Source of the DNA: a virus
Taxonomy: Duplodnaviria; Heunggongvirae; Uroviricota; Caudoviricetes
Length of the DNA stretch: 64,000 bases
Strand: one strand, 5' to 3'
Virus record (IMG/VR): IMGVR_UViG_3300013902_000267
The notes beneath the pieces were generated by a model. That model was given only the letters and a program-made list of their open reading frames with translations, did not search any database and was not told where the DNA came from. The position numbers were made by a program, and so were the translations under genes. Below are positions 42,044-53,413 of this stretch, piece by piece; position 1 is the stretch's first letter, and each line of letters starts with the position of its first letter.

Positions 42044-43555
42044 TTAATTAGTTTCATTTTCTGATGATTGTTCATCTTCAATATTAGTTATACCTGCATC
42101 TAATTCTTTTTCTTCCTTATTAACAAAACGATAGCACTTCAATTTGAATGCACGAGGTATCATATCATCTATTTTAATTACAACACCTTCATGTGGAACT
42201 TTATTATTACATTCAGGTGATAACATTTCCATATAAAAATTCTTATCACTTGACATCTTATTCCAAAAATTTTCGTGCCAATGATTAGTTATATCAAGCT
42301 CAGGATACAAATCTTTAGCTTTACCATAATAATATTCAATTACAGGTGTTAATTCATGTTGAATACACCATACTTGTACTTCTCGTGGTGAAAATTCATG
42401 TACATCTCCATCAACATTTGTTAAAGTAATACGATATATCATTATCTTAAAATGCTTTCCATATGTATACTCTTCACCAGACTTTAAAGGTACACATCCA
42501 TAATCATATCCCTTTTGTATATAATTATTATTTGGAAGATAACCTACAATTTCTGCATAAATCATCATTCCCTTTATCATGTGTGGCTTTAATACATTAA
42601 ATGCTTCACCCCATATATCAAAATTATAGAATCCCTTATGATATACATTACCATTTTTTTCAGATTCCTTCATTATATACTGGTTTTTTATAACAGTTCT
42701 TGATGAATATAAATAATCATAATCATTAAATTCATAACCTGTTAAAAATTTCGCAATTTTCTGCTTTATAGTTAATTGTTTCTTACATAAAACATAACCA
42801 ACACAAAGAGAAGTACCGTGCCATTTAGAACTTATATGTATATAATCATTAGGTTGAACAACAAATGGAACCTTCTTAACAAGTGCAGTGTCGTAATGGA
42901 ACCTAAATTGTTCTGGTATAACTCTGTTAAATCTCTTTAACTTTCGTTGTCTTCTCTTATATCTAGATTGATCACCTCCAGTTTTATTTCTCTTTATAAA
43001 TATCTTTGGTATAAATTTCTTTGATAACCAAAATGATTTACCATTATGTTCAATAGTATCAAACCATGTTCCATCCTTTATATCATTCTCATTAACTTCT
43101 ATATTAAAATTATCTAATATAAAATTAAGAACTACTTGTAATTCTATCAAGAAACCATCTGATACACCATTAGGTAAAAATACTTTTTCAACTTCTCCAG
43201 TAGATGGATCAATTTTATCCATTGTTGCTCGTAGTCTAATGGACTTCACTCTACCATTATCATCAAATAACCCAGTTTTATTAGGATTACTATTCATTTC
43301 ATTTTTACGATATAAATTAGCATATCTTAAAAATTCAGGATTTATTTGTGTACTTGATGGAAAGAATACATATTTTCCTGGTTGTGAATCCTTACTTACT
43401 ATAACATTATAAATTGTATCTCCACCTATTCTACAACACTTTAACTTGTTAACTTCAGGATTAGGATGTGGAGAGAAATCCTCTTCCTTGATATAAATTA
43501 CACGTGAAACATAATTAGGGTGTAATTCACTTTCCTTCGACTTAATAAACTTCAT
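42044..43555 (-). CDS. RNA ligase-like nucleotidyltransferase with long N-terminal extension (503 aa)
   Basis: ISSKWHGTS (KxHGT, Rnl2-type motif I), HEGVVIKID (motif IV EGxVxK), FKLKC (motif V). Confidence 0.45.
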   Translation of the reverse strand: MKFIKSKESELHPNYVSRVIYIKEEDFSPHPNPEVNKLKCCRIGGDTIYNVIVSKDSQPGKYVFFPSSTQINPEFLRYANLYRKNEMNSNPNKTGLFDDNGRVKSIRLRATMDKIDPSTGEVEKVFLPNGVSDGFLIELQVVLNFILDNFNIEVNENDIKDGTWFDTIEHNGKSFWLSKKFIPKIFIKRNKTGGDQSRYKRRQRKLKRFNRVIPEQFRFHYDTALVKKVPFVVQPNDYIHISSKWHGTSLCVGYVLCKKQLTIKQKIAKFLTGYEFNDYDYLYSSRTVIKNQYIMKESEKNGNVYHKGFYNFDIWGEAFNVLKPHMIKGMMIYAEIVGYLPNNNYIQKGYDYGCVPLKSGEEYTYGKHFKIMIYRITLTNVDGDVHEFSPREVQVWCIQHELTPVIEYYYGKAKDLYPELDITNHWHENFWNKMSSDKNFYMEMLSPECNNKVPHEGVVIKIDDMIPRAFKLKCYRFVNKEEKELDAGITNIEDEQSSENETN

Positions 43556-43657
43556 ACTAGATTTAATTTTATTTTCCTATGTCATTCTTTAGTTCGAGTC
43601 TCCACTACTCACGTATCACCAGATTATTTTTTAATAGGAAAATAATCAAACCTATTA

Positions 43658-43930
43658 TTAATATTTAGAAAACTGTTCATTCAGAACAGATAATTCTTTT
43701 TCTTTCTTAAAAATTAGCTTATCTAGGAAATCATCCATCATTCTCATTTCATCTTGATTTAGAATAATGTCAATATATGGTTTTCCATAATGATATGTTT
43801 GATAATCACTTTTCATTATCCATTCAATATCATGCAACTTTTTTAATTCTTTACATGCGGATATAATACCTTTAGTCTTTAATATTCTTTCATGTAAAGA
43901 ATTAATTTTTTTTAAAGTATCTTCATTCAT
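43658..43930 (-). CDS. hypothetical protein (90 aa)
   Basis: Uninterrupted ORF. Confidence 0.45.
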   Translation of the reverse strand: MNEDTLKKINSLHERILKTKGIISACKELKKLHDIEWIMKSDYQTYHYGKPYIDIILNQDEMRMMDDFLDKLIFKKEKELSVLNEQFSKY

Positions 43931-43933
43931 AAT

Positions 43934-44425
43934 TTAAAATAGTTTAACGGACGCATTAGTATCCATTCTTTCCTTCATACCATTATTATAATAATCAGCC
44001 AAAATTTCAGCTTTAATTTTAGGTGACAATACTTTCCGTACTACATAATCATAATTAAAATTAAAGAATTCATTTATAGCTATTACCATTTCATATGCAG
44101 ATAATGTCTTCACCTCTGCTAATTTATTTTTCATGTAATAGAAGATTTTCCCTGTTTCTTCCTTAGGTATTTTTGGAACGACGAATGTAGATGTATCAAC
44201 TTTATATTGTTCTGCAAATGGAGATTCTATCCATATGCTATATAATTTTTCTGCTGTATCTTTCCTTTCATGCAACAAGACTATATCATCTGTCATCGCA
44301 TAATCATACTAATCTGCGACTAAAGGAGATACAGTCATTGTTTGACTTGAAAGATCTGCATTATAGTCTGAACTCGCAAAATACCCATCATTACTAAGCA
44401 TCTTCTATGTATTAATTCTTGCCAT
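43934..44425 (-). CDS. hypothetical protein (163 aa), 2 in-frame TAG in N-terminal extension
   Basis: ATG 44425: MARINT(Q)KMLSNDGYFASSDYNADLSSQTMTVSPLVAD(Q)YDYAMTDDIV..., continuous with ORF 43934..44296. Confidence 0.45.
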
Positions 44426-44491
44426 ATAATGTTTGATATTTTTTCTTTTACTATAATTATATGATAAAAATAGCAAATTGTTTATAATATT

Positions 44492-46000
44492 TTACATAGA
44501 AAATAAATCTTGTGCTTGTATTTGTGTTTCAGTTAATCCTAATTGCGGAGTACTCATAGAATCAGATGCACCGGGACGAATACCAACAGATGAAGAATAA
44601 TTATTTGAATTATTATGTTGGTAATTATTATCTCCTTTATGCTTATCTTTTACTAATCCATCCAATGAAACATTCTCAGGAATAATATTTTCCTCAAGAT
44701 TCTCTTCAATTCTTAAATATGTAGGATTAAAATCAAATTTCTTCTTATCTCCCATGTGTCCAGAATTACGTATTGCTACTGCTTTCAAATAATATGTATT
44801 ATCTACACGCATTAAAGATGACTGAATAATACCGAACAAACTATCAACAGTTGCGATAAGACCTCCAGATTCTGAAACGTTACTCATACCAATATCAGTA
44901 GAATCATATGCAGTTCTATTTGTCTGTGTTAATGATACAACACACCAATTATTTCTCTGAGCCATCGCACGAACATCCTCGCAGATAGATTTAATCTTTA
45001 AATATGTACTTTCAGAATTTGGATTCTTTGCGTCTTTCATAATATTAACATAATCAATGAAAATGTTCTTAAACTTAAATGGTTTATCTTCTGTAGATAA
45101 CTCTTCTTCTTGCTTAAGTAAGAATGACTCAATATCATAAACAGTTGCAGATGATGTAGGGAACTCTTCTATAATAAACTTACCTGGATTAATAAGTGAA
45201 TTCATATAAAATTCCTTCATTTTCTGCATCATAAGATTTGTGTCTGATGCATACTTATCATATTCTTCAATTGGAATATTAAAAAGATTTGAACCTATAC
45301 GTTGTGCTACAAGCTGATAAGCCATCTCCAATGTAATATATGCAGAATTCTCACCATTTCTTACAGAATTCGCACATAGGTTACAAAGCCACATAGATTT
45401 ACCAACTTTAGGTGACCCCATAAATACATTAAGAGTCTTATTTGCCCATCCGCCTTTCAAACATTGATCAACAAAATTATAACCTGTTTTCCTTGTTTCA
45501 AGTTCAGTTTGTTTATGATTAATTGGGTCAAAGAAATCATGTCCTTTAGAATTATTTAATGTAAAATTAGTTTCACTCTGAAATAATGATTTTATATGTT
45601 GTACAATTTCTGCACAATTTTCAAATGTAACTTCAGATTCTGTTGTCTTTACATATTCAATAACTCTTCGGAGACCTGTCATTAAATTCTACCATTCGCC
45701 AAATGCTACTGTATTCTGTTCCAACCATTCATCTGTATATTGACTAACCATATCACGAGTTTGCCATAATGTATGAATTTGATCTTCTGTTACTTTATCA
45801 TCTTTAGCTGCTAATCTAATAAGATCTATTGTTTGTTGCTCAGTTGGTTCTGCTCTAAAATCTAATATATGCGGTTTAACCACATCAAATATAATTTTTA
45901 ATGCAGGATTAGTAAAATATCTTCCTTTAAAAGACTATACAAGATTTAAATTCTTAATTATATAAAAGAATATGACGTTTTCAAGATACGTATTATTCAT
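44492..46000 (-). CDS. DnaB/gp4-like replicative DNA helicase (502 aa), 2 in-frame TAG
   Basis: ORF 45689..45883 ends in TAG and reads through into ORF 44492..45682. Walker A GSPKVGKS, then ITLEM (DnaB SLEM-like) RecA-fold. The N-terminal extension continues to ATG 46000 through another TAG. Confidence 0.6.
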
Positions 46001-46125
46001 AAATAAATTATTCTACCTTTGTTTTAATTTATAGTGAGTAAAAGTATTAAAGTTTATTAGCAATTCAAAAATTAAGAAAATTATATATAGTTTTGTAAAA
46101 CTATAAAAATTTCTCAATTTTTATA

Positions 46126-46938
46126 TCATTTTATTGGAATTTTTGATGTTTTTTCAAAGATTTTTCTATTGTTTTCATCATTAAGTATATACCCACTGTG
46201 AATAACAAATTTATCTCTATCAAACTCCCCATATTCATCTGATTTCATATGAACAGTTTCCTTATATACAAATCTTCCATATTTCTTTCCATCATCAAAT
46301 GTATTCCAATCAATATCAGTTGATTCTTTCAAAATATCTATAAGTTCATCTGCTTTCTTTGATGTACATTCCTTATGTGACAAATAAGTTCTTACTGTTT
46401 GTTGCTTGCTGTTTCTTATACAATCAAGTTGTCTATATAAGAACCATGTATAAACATCATTATATGATGGAACATTCCATGCTTTACAATCGAACTCATG
46501 TAATTTTATATTATTAATAATATCAATAAGTTCAGATTTACTGAATTGCTCTTTACATGTTCTATTAATTGCTTCAATAATCATTAATTGATTAAACTTA
46601 GATGTTGCCATTGATGCACATAGTGGTAATATTTTCTCCAATCTATAACCAAAAAATGAATCTGTTTCTGGTGTATCAAAATCCGTAATAACAAGAGATA
46701 TTTCATCTGACTGGACATATGCGAATTTACATCCTTGTATACATTCACATAAATATCTTGCGGTTTCATTCATAATATTAATGAATGTATCATCAAATGG
46801 TTTCTTGAAATATTTTTTAATGGTTGATGAAAATGATCTACCGTCTAACATAACCATTACATAACTATTTGGCATTAACTTATAATCTGTTAAACCACGA
46901 AGATATAGCATTCTATCTTCAATATTCTTAAATTTCAT
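46126..46938 (-). CDS. Thg1-like protein (tRNA-His guanylyltransferase family; 3'-5' polymerase)
   Basis: MKFKNIEDRMLYLRGLTDYKLMPNSYVMVMLDGRSFSSTIKKYFKKPFDDTFINIMNETARYL matches the Thg1 N-terminal signature (KFEYV..., vvRxDGxxFxxF, kPxD...LMn.aA). The start is probably the internal ATG 46938. Confidence 0.55.
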   Translation of the reverse strand: MKFKNIEDRMLYLRGLTDYKLMPNSYVMVMLDGRSFSSTIKKYFKKPFDDTFINIMNETARYLCECIQGCKFAYVQSDEISLVITDFDTPETDSFFGYRLEKILPLCASMATSKFNQLMIIEAINRTCKEQFSKSELIDIINNIKLHEFDCKAWNVPSYNDVYTWFLYRQLDCIRNSKQQTVRTYLSHKECTSKKADELIDILKESTDIDWNTFDDGKKYGRFVYKETVHMKSDEYGEFDRDKFVIHSGYILNDENNRKIFEKTSKIPIK

Positions 46939-47025
46939 AATTATACAAATATAATAAAAGGATATTATCAAATAAATCAAATATTTGGTAATATCCTCAT
47001 GTTATTAAAAATTAAATATTCATTA

Positions 47026-47262
47026 TTAATATACAAATTGAATCTTTGATTCAGCCATATTTGTGATACGCCATGAGAACATAGTACCACTCATTTGCTC
47101 AGTTACCTTGTGTTCACAATTTGTAACATTTGTAGCCTCAACAAGATGCACTTCCTTAATTTTCTTAGGCTTACCATTATCTGGATTTTCTCCATCAATA
47201 ACAACAGTACACATATAGAACTTATTGCCTTCTGATGGTTGCATTACTTTCATGTCTTCCAT
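47026..47262 (-). CDS. hypothetical protein (78 aa)
   Basis: Uninterrupted ORF. Confidence 0.45.
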   Translation of the reverse strand: MEDMKVMQPSEGNKFYMCTVVIDGENPDNGKPKKIKEVHLVEATNVTNCEHKVTEQMSGTMFSWRITNMAESKIQFVY

Positions 47263-47457
47263 AAATTAAACAATTAAATTTGATTTTTTACTTCTTGCTT
47301 ATCCTTCTTAGTTTTAGTTTTTAAATTAATTATTTTTAAAAACCTATGTTTCTTGTTTCATAGACACACTACTTTTTAGTATAGTTATTATTTATAACTT
47401 CTGTCATCCATAGTTAGTATCTCCACAAGCGTAAATTCGGTAAAACTCAACCCTATT

Positions 47458-47772
47458 TTAAACTATTAAATTTAATTTTTTCTCTTCTTGCTTATCATTT
47501 TTATTCTTCATATTCTTTCTACTTTCAAAAAGTTTCTTATCATATGGACTTAATTCCCTACAATTAGCACATATAAAAACTTTCAATGGAACTTGTGTAG
47601 TTTCTGAACCTTGACCAATAAGCATGCCAGGAACTTTCTTAAAAATAATACCAGGTATAAAAACCTCACATCCACAATTTGGACATACTTCTGAAGGATA
47701 ATCTAACGGATTTACCGCTGGCATATTTGCATTAGTACCAGCGGCATTTCCAAATAGTTTGCTATTTTCCAT
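47458..47772 (-). CDS. zinc-ribbon protein (104 aa)
   Basis: CPNCGC...CANC pair of CxxC motifs. Confidence 0.45.
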   Translation of the reverse strand: MENSKLFGNAAGTNANMPAVNPLDYPSEVCPNCGCEVFIPGIIFKKVPGMLIGQGSETTQVPLKVFICANCRELSPYDKKLFESRKNMKNKNDKQEEKKLNLIV

Positions 47773-48881
47773 TAGTCAACTTTATTTTCTTCTTTTTCTG
47801 CATCAGCTGCAGCTTCTTCAGCCTCACGACGTGCAATAACAGCATCACGTTCATCAGATGGTACATCTGACAAAATTACACGATTCTTCTCAATCTTATG
47901 TACATATACCTGTACATTTGCACCTGCAGGAATTTCATTATTTCTCATTGCCTCGCGAGTCTCATCCTTTACAAGTGTCTTATGCAACATACCTGTAATA
48001 AACTCGTCAAGCTCGACGAACACACCAAATGAGGTTGTACCTGTTACTTTACCCTCAAATACATGGTCCTTATCATTCTCCAACAAATCCTCAAGTTCAC
48101 GAAGCTTGACTGGAAGCATTGTTCTCAAGAACTTCTTACGTGATACAACAAAACCATAATTTGGATCATAAGATTCAATCATAACCTCAAACTTAGTACC
48201 AACCATGCTCTCAAAATCAGTTACACGGTTAGCTGCTGCCATTGAACCAGGCATAAATGCCTTAACCGTATTCATAATATCAACAACAAATCCACCCTTA
48301 TTAGTAGACAAAATTGTTGCGTAATATGCCTTAGACTTCTTGGTAATCTGTTCCTTCATCTCTCTCTCAAGAGTTTCAACATAACCATTCCAGATAGACG
48401 CTTTCTCAACATCACCCTCTGTAATCTTAGCATTCAAATCCATACCAAGAAGTTGTTCCTTAAACTTAGGGTCCTTCAATGCGGTTACAAACATATCCTT
48501 ATCCATTGTCTTATCATCACCGACATTGAACTGATTAAAGAACTGATGTTCCTTATTAAGATCAACGATAACATTGTTAGAACCACCATTAATTGTCAAC
48601 ATCAATGTATCATCATCAATAGGATCAATATCAGAAATATGCACAAGTGCATTCTTAATAAGTTCCTTACTACCAATTACATGAACATTTGCATATGCAT
48701 CATACAAATCCTGTGCATAAGATTCATGACTATAAACTTTCTCGTTATTCTTTGTCTTAATATTCTTATTTACCTTAAGTGAAGTACCATTCCATCCATC
48801 ATCATATGGACTCCAATCAAATGAACCCGGTGTTGGTTCGCCCCATTCATAACGTTGGGTCAACTCATTAAATTTCGCCAT
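47772..48881 (-). CDS. RNA-binding protein with two S1 domains
   Basis: GFVVDIMNTVKAFMPGS and GKVTGTTSFGVFVELDEFITGMLH S1-fold signatures. Acidic C-terminal tail. Confidence 0.5.
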   Translation of the reverse strand: MAKFNELTQRYEWGEPTPGSFDWSPYDDGWNGTSLKVNKNIKTKNNEKVYSHESYAQDLYDAYANVHVIGSKELIKNALVHISDIDPIDDDTLMLTINGGSNNVIVDLNKEHQFFNQFNVGDDKTMDKDMFVTALKDPKFKEQLLGMDLNAKITEGDVEKASIWNGYVETLEREMKEQITKKSKAYYATILSTNKGGFVVDIMNTVKAFMPGSMAAANRVTDFESMVGTKFEVMIESYDPNYGFVVSRKKFLRTMLPVKLRELEDLLENDKDHVFEGKVTGTTSFGVFVELDEFITGMLHKTLVKDETREAMRNNEIPAGANVQVYVHKIEKNRVILSDVPSDERDAVIARREAEEAAADAEKEENKVD

Positions 48882-48950
48882 TAAATATTCGTTTTTAAAA
48901 AATTAAACTTAAAATTATCAAAAATTAAAAATTATTAAATATTAAATTAA

Positions 48951-49829
48951 TTACTGTTGTACTGTTGAAAGAACAGTAAATGATGTTTGATCAGTTGATT
49001 CAATTCTTACCTTTTGCTTTGAATCATTAGGTAATGTAATAATAATACTCTCTGCATCACCTTTAAGATTTACTGCTGTAAAGAAATTACTTCTGTAAAT
49101 AGGTATTGCATTTTCTGCACCTGTACCATCTTTCAAGAAACCAAGCAAATAATCATAAGATTCATTTGTATCATCATACGCATAAAGTGCCCATTTGCCT
49201 GTACCTTCATCAATCTTTGTATAGAACTTAATAATATCTTTCTTTGCATCTGTAACAAAAATAGAAGAAATATTAGTAAGATTCTTCAATACATTCATTG
49301 AAATCTCAAATGACATAGGATTTGCAATAACATTAATTCTATCAAAGAAAAGTTCATCTGATACTTGTTCAAACTCAGATATATTGCAATCCTTTACCTT
49401 CATTGTATTTGTACGAGATTTAAGTCTAATAGACTGTGCATGGAACTCATCTCCTACATGTCCCTTATAAACATCAAAATCTACATTCAATTGAAAATCT
49501 GTATCCTTGAAAATATCGATAACGGAAATAAATCGTGGAAGAATCATAAAGATACCAATCTTAATTCTTACATTATATTTCTCATTCCATTCATCAAGAG
49601 AATATGCAACATTATCATTATCTCTGATATTCAAAATTTCCAATCCAGCATTTTCAAAAGAAATCTTTGCATATTTAACTACAGTATGATCTGCAGTAAA
49701 ACCCTTTGAAACAAAGCATTGTTCTTTCAAATCACATTCTATGAGAAGTGAACTTTGGATTTCCTTAAAGGCTTTCAACCATGTAGAAAATCCTGCAGTT
49801 GTTCCTTTATTCTTAAATACTAAATTCAT
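48951..49829 (-). CDS. hypothetical protein (292 aa)
   Basis: Uninterrupted ORF preceded by a 300-nt AT-rich leader. Confidence 0.45.
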   Translation of the reverse strand: MNLVFKNKGTTAGFSTWLKAFKEIQSSLLIECDLKEQCFVSKGFTADHTVVKYAKISFENAGLEILNIRDNDNVAYSLDEWNEKYNVRIKIGIFMILPRFISVIDIFKDTDFQLNVDFDVYKGHVGDEFHAQSIRLKSRTNTMKVKDCNISEFEQVSDELFFDRINVIANPMSFEISMNVLKNLTNISSIFVTDAKKDIIKFYTKIDEGTGKWALYAYDDTNESYDYLLGFLKDGTGAENAIPIYRSNFFTAVNLKGDAESIIITLPNDSKQKVRIESTDQTSFTVLSTVQQ

Positions 49830-50134
49830 TATTAAATTATGTTAAAATTAAACGTTTATAATTATTAGATATTTAACTTAATAACAACATATACAAACTT
49901 TATAATATATGTGAAGTTAACCTAAGAAACTATATTATAATATAGAAGATAATTATCTAAATCTTATCTTATCTTTTTTTTAAAAATATAAATTAATTTA
50001 AATTCTATATGCATAATTTATAAACTAAATTCTTCCAATGACTTAAATTTATAAATACATAATGTATATAAAATAAATATATTCATATTTTAATATTTTA
50101 TTTATTATATTGATTAACTTATAAAAAGTTTATA

Positions 50135-51073
50135 TTAAATTCTTGAAAAATTTTTAATAATTGAATTTATACGTTTTGTATGTTTTAATTGTTGTTGTGT
50201 AGTTGGCCATTTAGTATATCCTCTGCTAAACCATGTATGAACAGCAATTAAATTTGTATCATAAAATTCATTTTTAATATCATTGCTATATATCGCTGAT
50301 GTTAATCCCGATAAATCAAATGTACAATTATTTTTTACAAAATCTGAATCATATAAATCTGTACCAAACAAATAATATATAGGTGTATCAGATAAAATTA
50401 CTAATGCTTGCTACAATATATAATATGGTTCAAAATTAGGTTCTTCTTCATCTTTATAACTATATGGAATTTGATGGGGTTCAATTTTATTATCAGGATC
50501 ATCTCTTACTGTTTTACAATAAGGTGTCTCATGATTTGGTAAATCAACTCTTGTTTCTCGAAATATCTTTGCATTAGAAATCATTTTCATTGATTCTCCA
50601 TTCATATACTTATATAAATCTTTATCTTTATTGTTTATTAATTTATTGATAAATTCTTTATATAAAGTATTAGGATTTTTCTCAAATTCGTTTGATATAT
50701 ATGTAATTATATTATTAAAAGAAATATTTTTATCTCTTAATAATTTAATATTCCAAAAACTTAAAAAAGTATTAATCATAAAACGACTATGATTCCTATG
50801 ACAAAATACCCCACCATCTTGAGGACCTGCTATACAACAACCACTTTGTACAAAATTCTTAAATTCTTTTATTAAAGATTCAAAATCATTAATAAAACAA
50901 TCCTCATCTATATAAATTACATAATCAAAATTTTTATTAGATAACATATAACTAAACATTAATAAAAATGCATCTAACCCATAAAATGGCTTGTTATCTT
51001 TTATACCTGGAATAACCCAAAAATTTTGAATAGGTATATATTCTATATATGTCTTTAATGACGGTATTAACAA
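50135..51073 (-). CDS. hypothetical protein, possible glycosyltransferase-like (312 aa), TAG read-through
   Basis: ORF 50411..51073 ends in TAG (50411-50413) and continues in frame into ORF 50135..50371. YIDEDCF DxD-like motif only. Confidence 0.4.
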
Positions 51074-51209
51074 TGAACTAGGTAAACATATTGAATTTGT
51101 TACAAAGCATACTTTATTCTATGATAACCATGTTTTAATCTCTACTATATTATCCATTTAAATAAAATTAAATTATTGTATATATTTTACTTTAAATTAA
51201 TAATAAAGT

Positions 51210-51518
51210 TTACAATGTTGATATATTAAAGCCACAATAACTCAATAAAATTACTATACGGATAAAATCTTGCATTTTAACATTTTCAAAATCTTTAACT
51301 TGCTCAAGATGTATCTTTAATAATTTTATATCTAATGGTTTATTTTCCTTATATAGTTTATATACATAATCATAACATATTTCAAAAAGTTCTTTTTCAC
51401 TTTTAGGCATATCACCATTAAGAATAGTATTCTTCATTTCTAAAGAATAATGGTCAAAGTCCATTTTCTCAAGGGACTTTGACCATTCATTAAAATCTTG
51501 TTTATTTGTTGTGTTCAT
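51210..51518 (-). CDS. hypothetical protein (102 aa)
   Basis: Uninterrupted ORF. Confidence 0.45.
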   Translation of the reverse strand: MNTTNKQDFNEWSKSLEKMDFDHYSLEMKNTILNGDMPKSEKELFEICYDYVYKLYKENKPLDIKLLKIHLEQVKDFENVKMQDFIRIVILLSYCGFNISTL

Positions 51519-52227
51519 AATACTTTCTATACTCTTTGTATAATTTATCTATAATCAATTGGTTATCTAAATTTTCAATATGAATTTCATTTACCATTGC
51601 ACATAATTTCCATAATTCATATTGATTAATACCAGATTTTTCATAATCATGATACCATGTAGTTTCAGGAAACATCCATCCATCATCCTCGCCAATACCA
51701 AATATATGAATATCATTATGTAATTTATCTATAATTAATGATACACCACCATATGATTGACAATGACTATTATATGTAAAATGGTAAAGTCTTATAGAAG
51801 CTTCATCATAAAACCCTTTATCATAACAACCAAATGAATCCATCATATTACCTAAATAACACGGATCATAATCATATTCATATTTAACTTCTGCTAAATC
51901 ATTATACCAACGTGGTTGTCGATTTTTAATAACACCTATTTGAATAAGTTTATCTTCAATATCCTTATTATAAGGCCAATATTGCCATAAACAATTGCAT
52001 CCATAATGAGTTAATTCAGCAAATTTATATATATCATTCTGAATACATTCAAAGAATGGTGCATATTGCGTTTTATCTATATTATTTTCTTCAAAATATT
52101 TAAGATCATAACCACAACAACTACCATCTGCATCGGCAAGTAAATCTTCTTTCTGTTTATCAGATAATTCAGTTTTATTAAATATATATGGTAACCATTC
52201 AGAGCCTTTATTATAATCTAGAATCAT
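51502..52227 (-). CDS. hypothetical protein (241 aa)
   Basis: Uninterrupted ORF, Cys/Tyr/Trp-rich. Confidence 0.45.
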   Translation of the reverse strand: MILDYNKGSEWLPYIFNKTELSDKQKEDLLADADGSCCGYDLKYFEENNIDKTQYAPFFECIQNDIYKFAELTHYGCNCLWQYWPYNKDIEDKLIQIGVIKNRQPRWYNDLAEVKYEYDYDPCYLGNMMDSFGCYDKGFYDEASIRLYHFTYNSHCQSYGGVSLIIDKLHNDIHIFGIGEDDGWMFPETTWYHDYEKSGINQYELWKLCAMVNEIHIENLDNQLIIDKLYKEYRKYYEHNK

Positions 52228-52478
52228 ATGGTACCTCCTTTCTTTATTAATATAGGTTTATAATAATCCTGAAAAAATTCAGGACATGCTAAAGGATTAA
52301 ATTCATTAGCTTTACGTAAATCTATATTTTCCCTTACATTTTTACAAAAAGGTTTAAGTACAGAAATTATATCATCTTCAAATATCTTTTCGCCTGTATT
52401 AATATCAACTAAACCAGTCCATGCAACATCTGATCTTTCAGATACCCATTGATTATTTTTATTTAGCCATGTTCTCAT
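52224..52478 (-). CDS. hypothetical protein (84 aa)
   Basis: Uninterrupted ORF. Confidence 0.45.
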   Translation of the reverse strand: MRTWLNKNNQWVSERSDVAWTGLVDINTGEKIFEDDIISVLKPFCKNVRENIDLRKANEFNPLACPEFFQDYYKPILIKKGGTI

Positions 52479-52600
52479 TGTATAATTATCTTTTAGTTTT
52501 ACATTTAATTATACAAGATATTGAATAGAACAATAAATATATATATTCTATCCAATATCAGGCAGCCAGTTTCATTTATAGTTTGAAACAAACTTTTTAT

Positions 52601-52738
52601 TTATCGTACATCACCAGTAAAAATTGCCCATATAAACTGAAGTACCATTCCGATAACTCCAAATACTACAGGAATAATTACACATGCAAGTGCAAATACA
52701 GCAATCGCTATGATGATACCAAGTAAAAACATTATCAT
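52601..52738 (-). CDS. small hydrophobic membrane peptide (45 aa), absent from the ORF track
   Basis: MIMFLLGIIIAIAVFALACVIIPVVFGVIGMVLQFIWAIFTGDVR*, preceded by a degenerate promoter motif. Confidence 0.35.
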   Translation of the reverse strand: MIMFLLGIIIAIAVFALACVIIPVVFGVIGMVLQFIWAIFTGDVR

Positions 52739-52777
52739 AATCTTTATATTTAAATTGTTAATATTTATGTTTATTAT

Positions 52778-52800
52778 TTACATTACAAAGATACATAATA
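52778..52800 (-). promoter_or_regulatory. degenerate copy of the conserved promoter motif
   Basis: ATTATGTATCTTTGTAATGTAAA on the minus strand, about 40 nt upstream of start 52738. Confidence 0.3.
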
Positions 52801-52834
52801 TTTTCCTAAATAAAAAATATATTACCTAAAATTA

Positions 52835-53368
52835 TTAAGAATTTAAATAATTATGAAATGAACCATCATCAGAATCTCCAATAAGATTGTTCAATACATG
52901 CCAATACTCAAGATAACGCTTTGCTTTCTCCATATCCTGTGTTTCTTTCTCCTTATGGTCAGATCTCCAAATATACTTAAATGAATTCAACTTACAGAAA
53001 TCCATTGTTGCTTGTTTTCCAAATGTCTGAAGCATAGCTTCTATACATTGTAAGCCATTACCACCAGCGCCATAATGATTTGGATGTTCAACAACATTCA
53101 AATTCTGTGTACTAAAAATAGGATTTAATTTTGTCTTATGTAATTGTAAATGTGCAGGTTCATCCTTAAATACAATCTTCTCATAATTCAACGGTTCTCT
53201 ATTCTATTCAGCTACATTATCACTAATAGGTTCACCACATTTCTCGTCATTATCTGTTGCAACTTCATCGGTTCTATTAGAAACAAATACAATATCTTTA
53301 TCATCCTTTGTACGTGTAGGTTCACCATATACAGGTTCCTATGTACGAGTTTCCTTATTATAACTCAT
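52835..53368 (-). CDS. DUF3310-family phage protein (177 aa), 2 in-frame TAG in N-terminal extension
   Basis: HPNHYGAGGNGLQCIEAM...KYIWRSDHKEKETQDMEKAKRYLEYW fits the DUF3310 pattern. The true start is ATG 53368 (MSYNKETRT(Q)EPVYGEP...VAE(Q)NREPLNYEK...). Confidence 0.5.
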
Positions 53369-53413
53369 ATTATATCAATTAGTTTTCATTTATAATTATA
53401 CAGTAAAAATAAA

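Noticed and set aside
49830-50134. 300-nt extremely AT-rich gap as a possible non-coding RNA or origin.
   Set aside because: It is featureless AT-rich sequence with no repeats, hairpins or conserved motif. It is most simply the leader or promoter region of gene 48951..49829.
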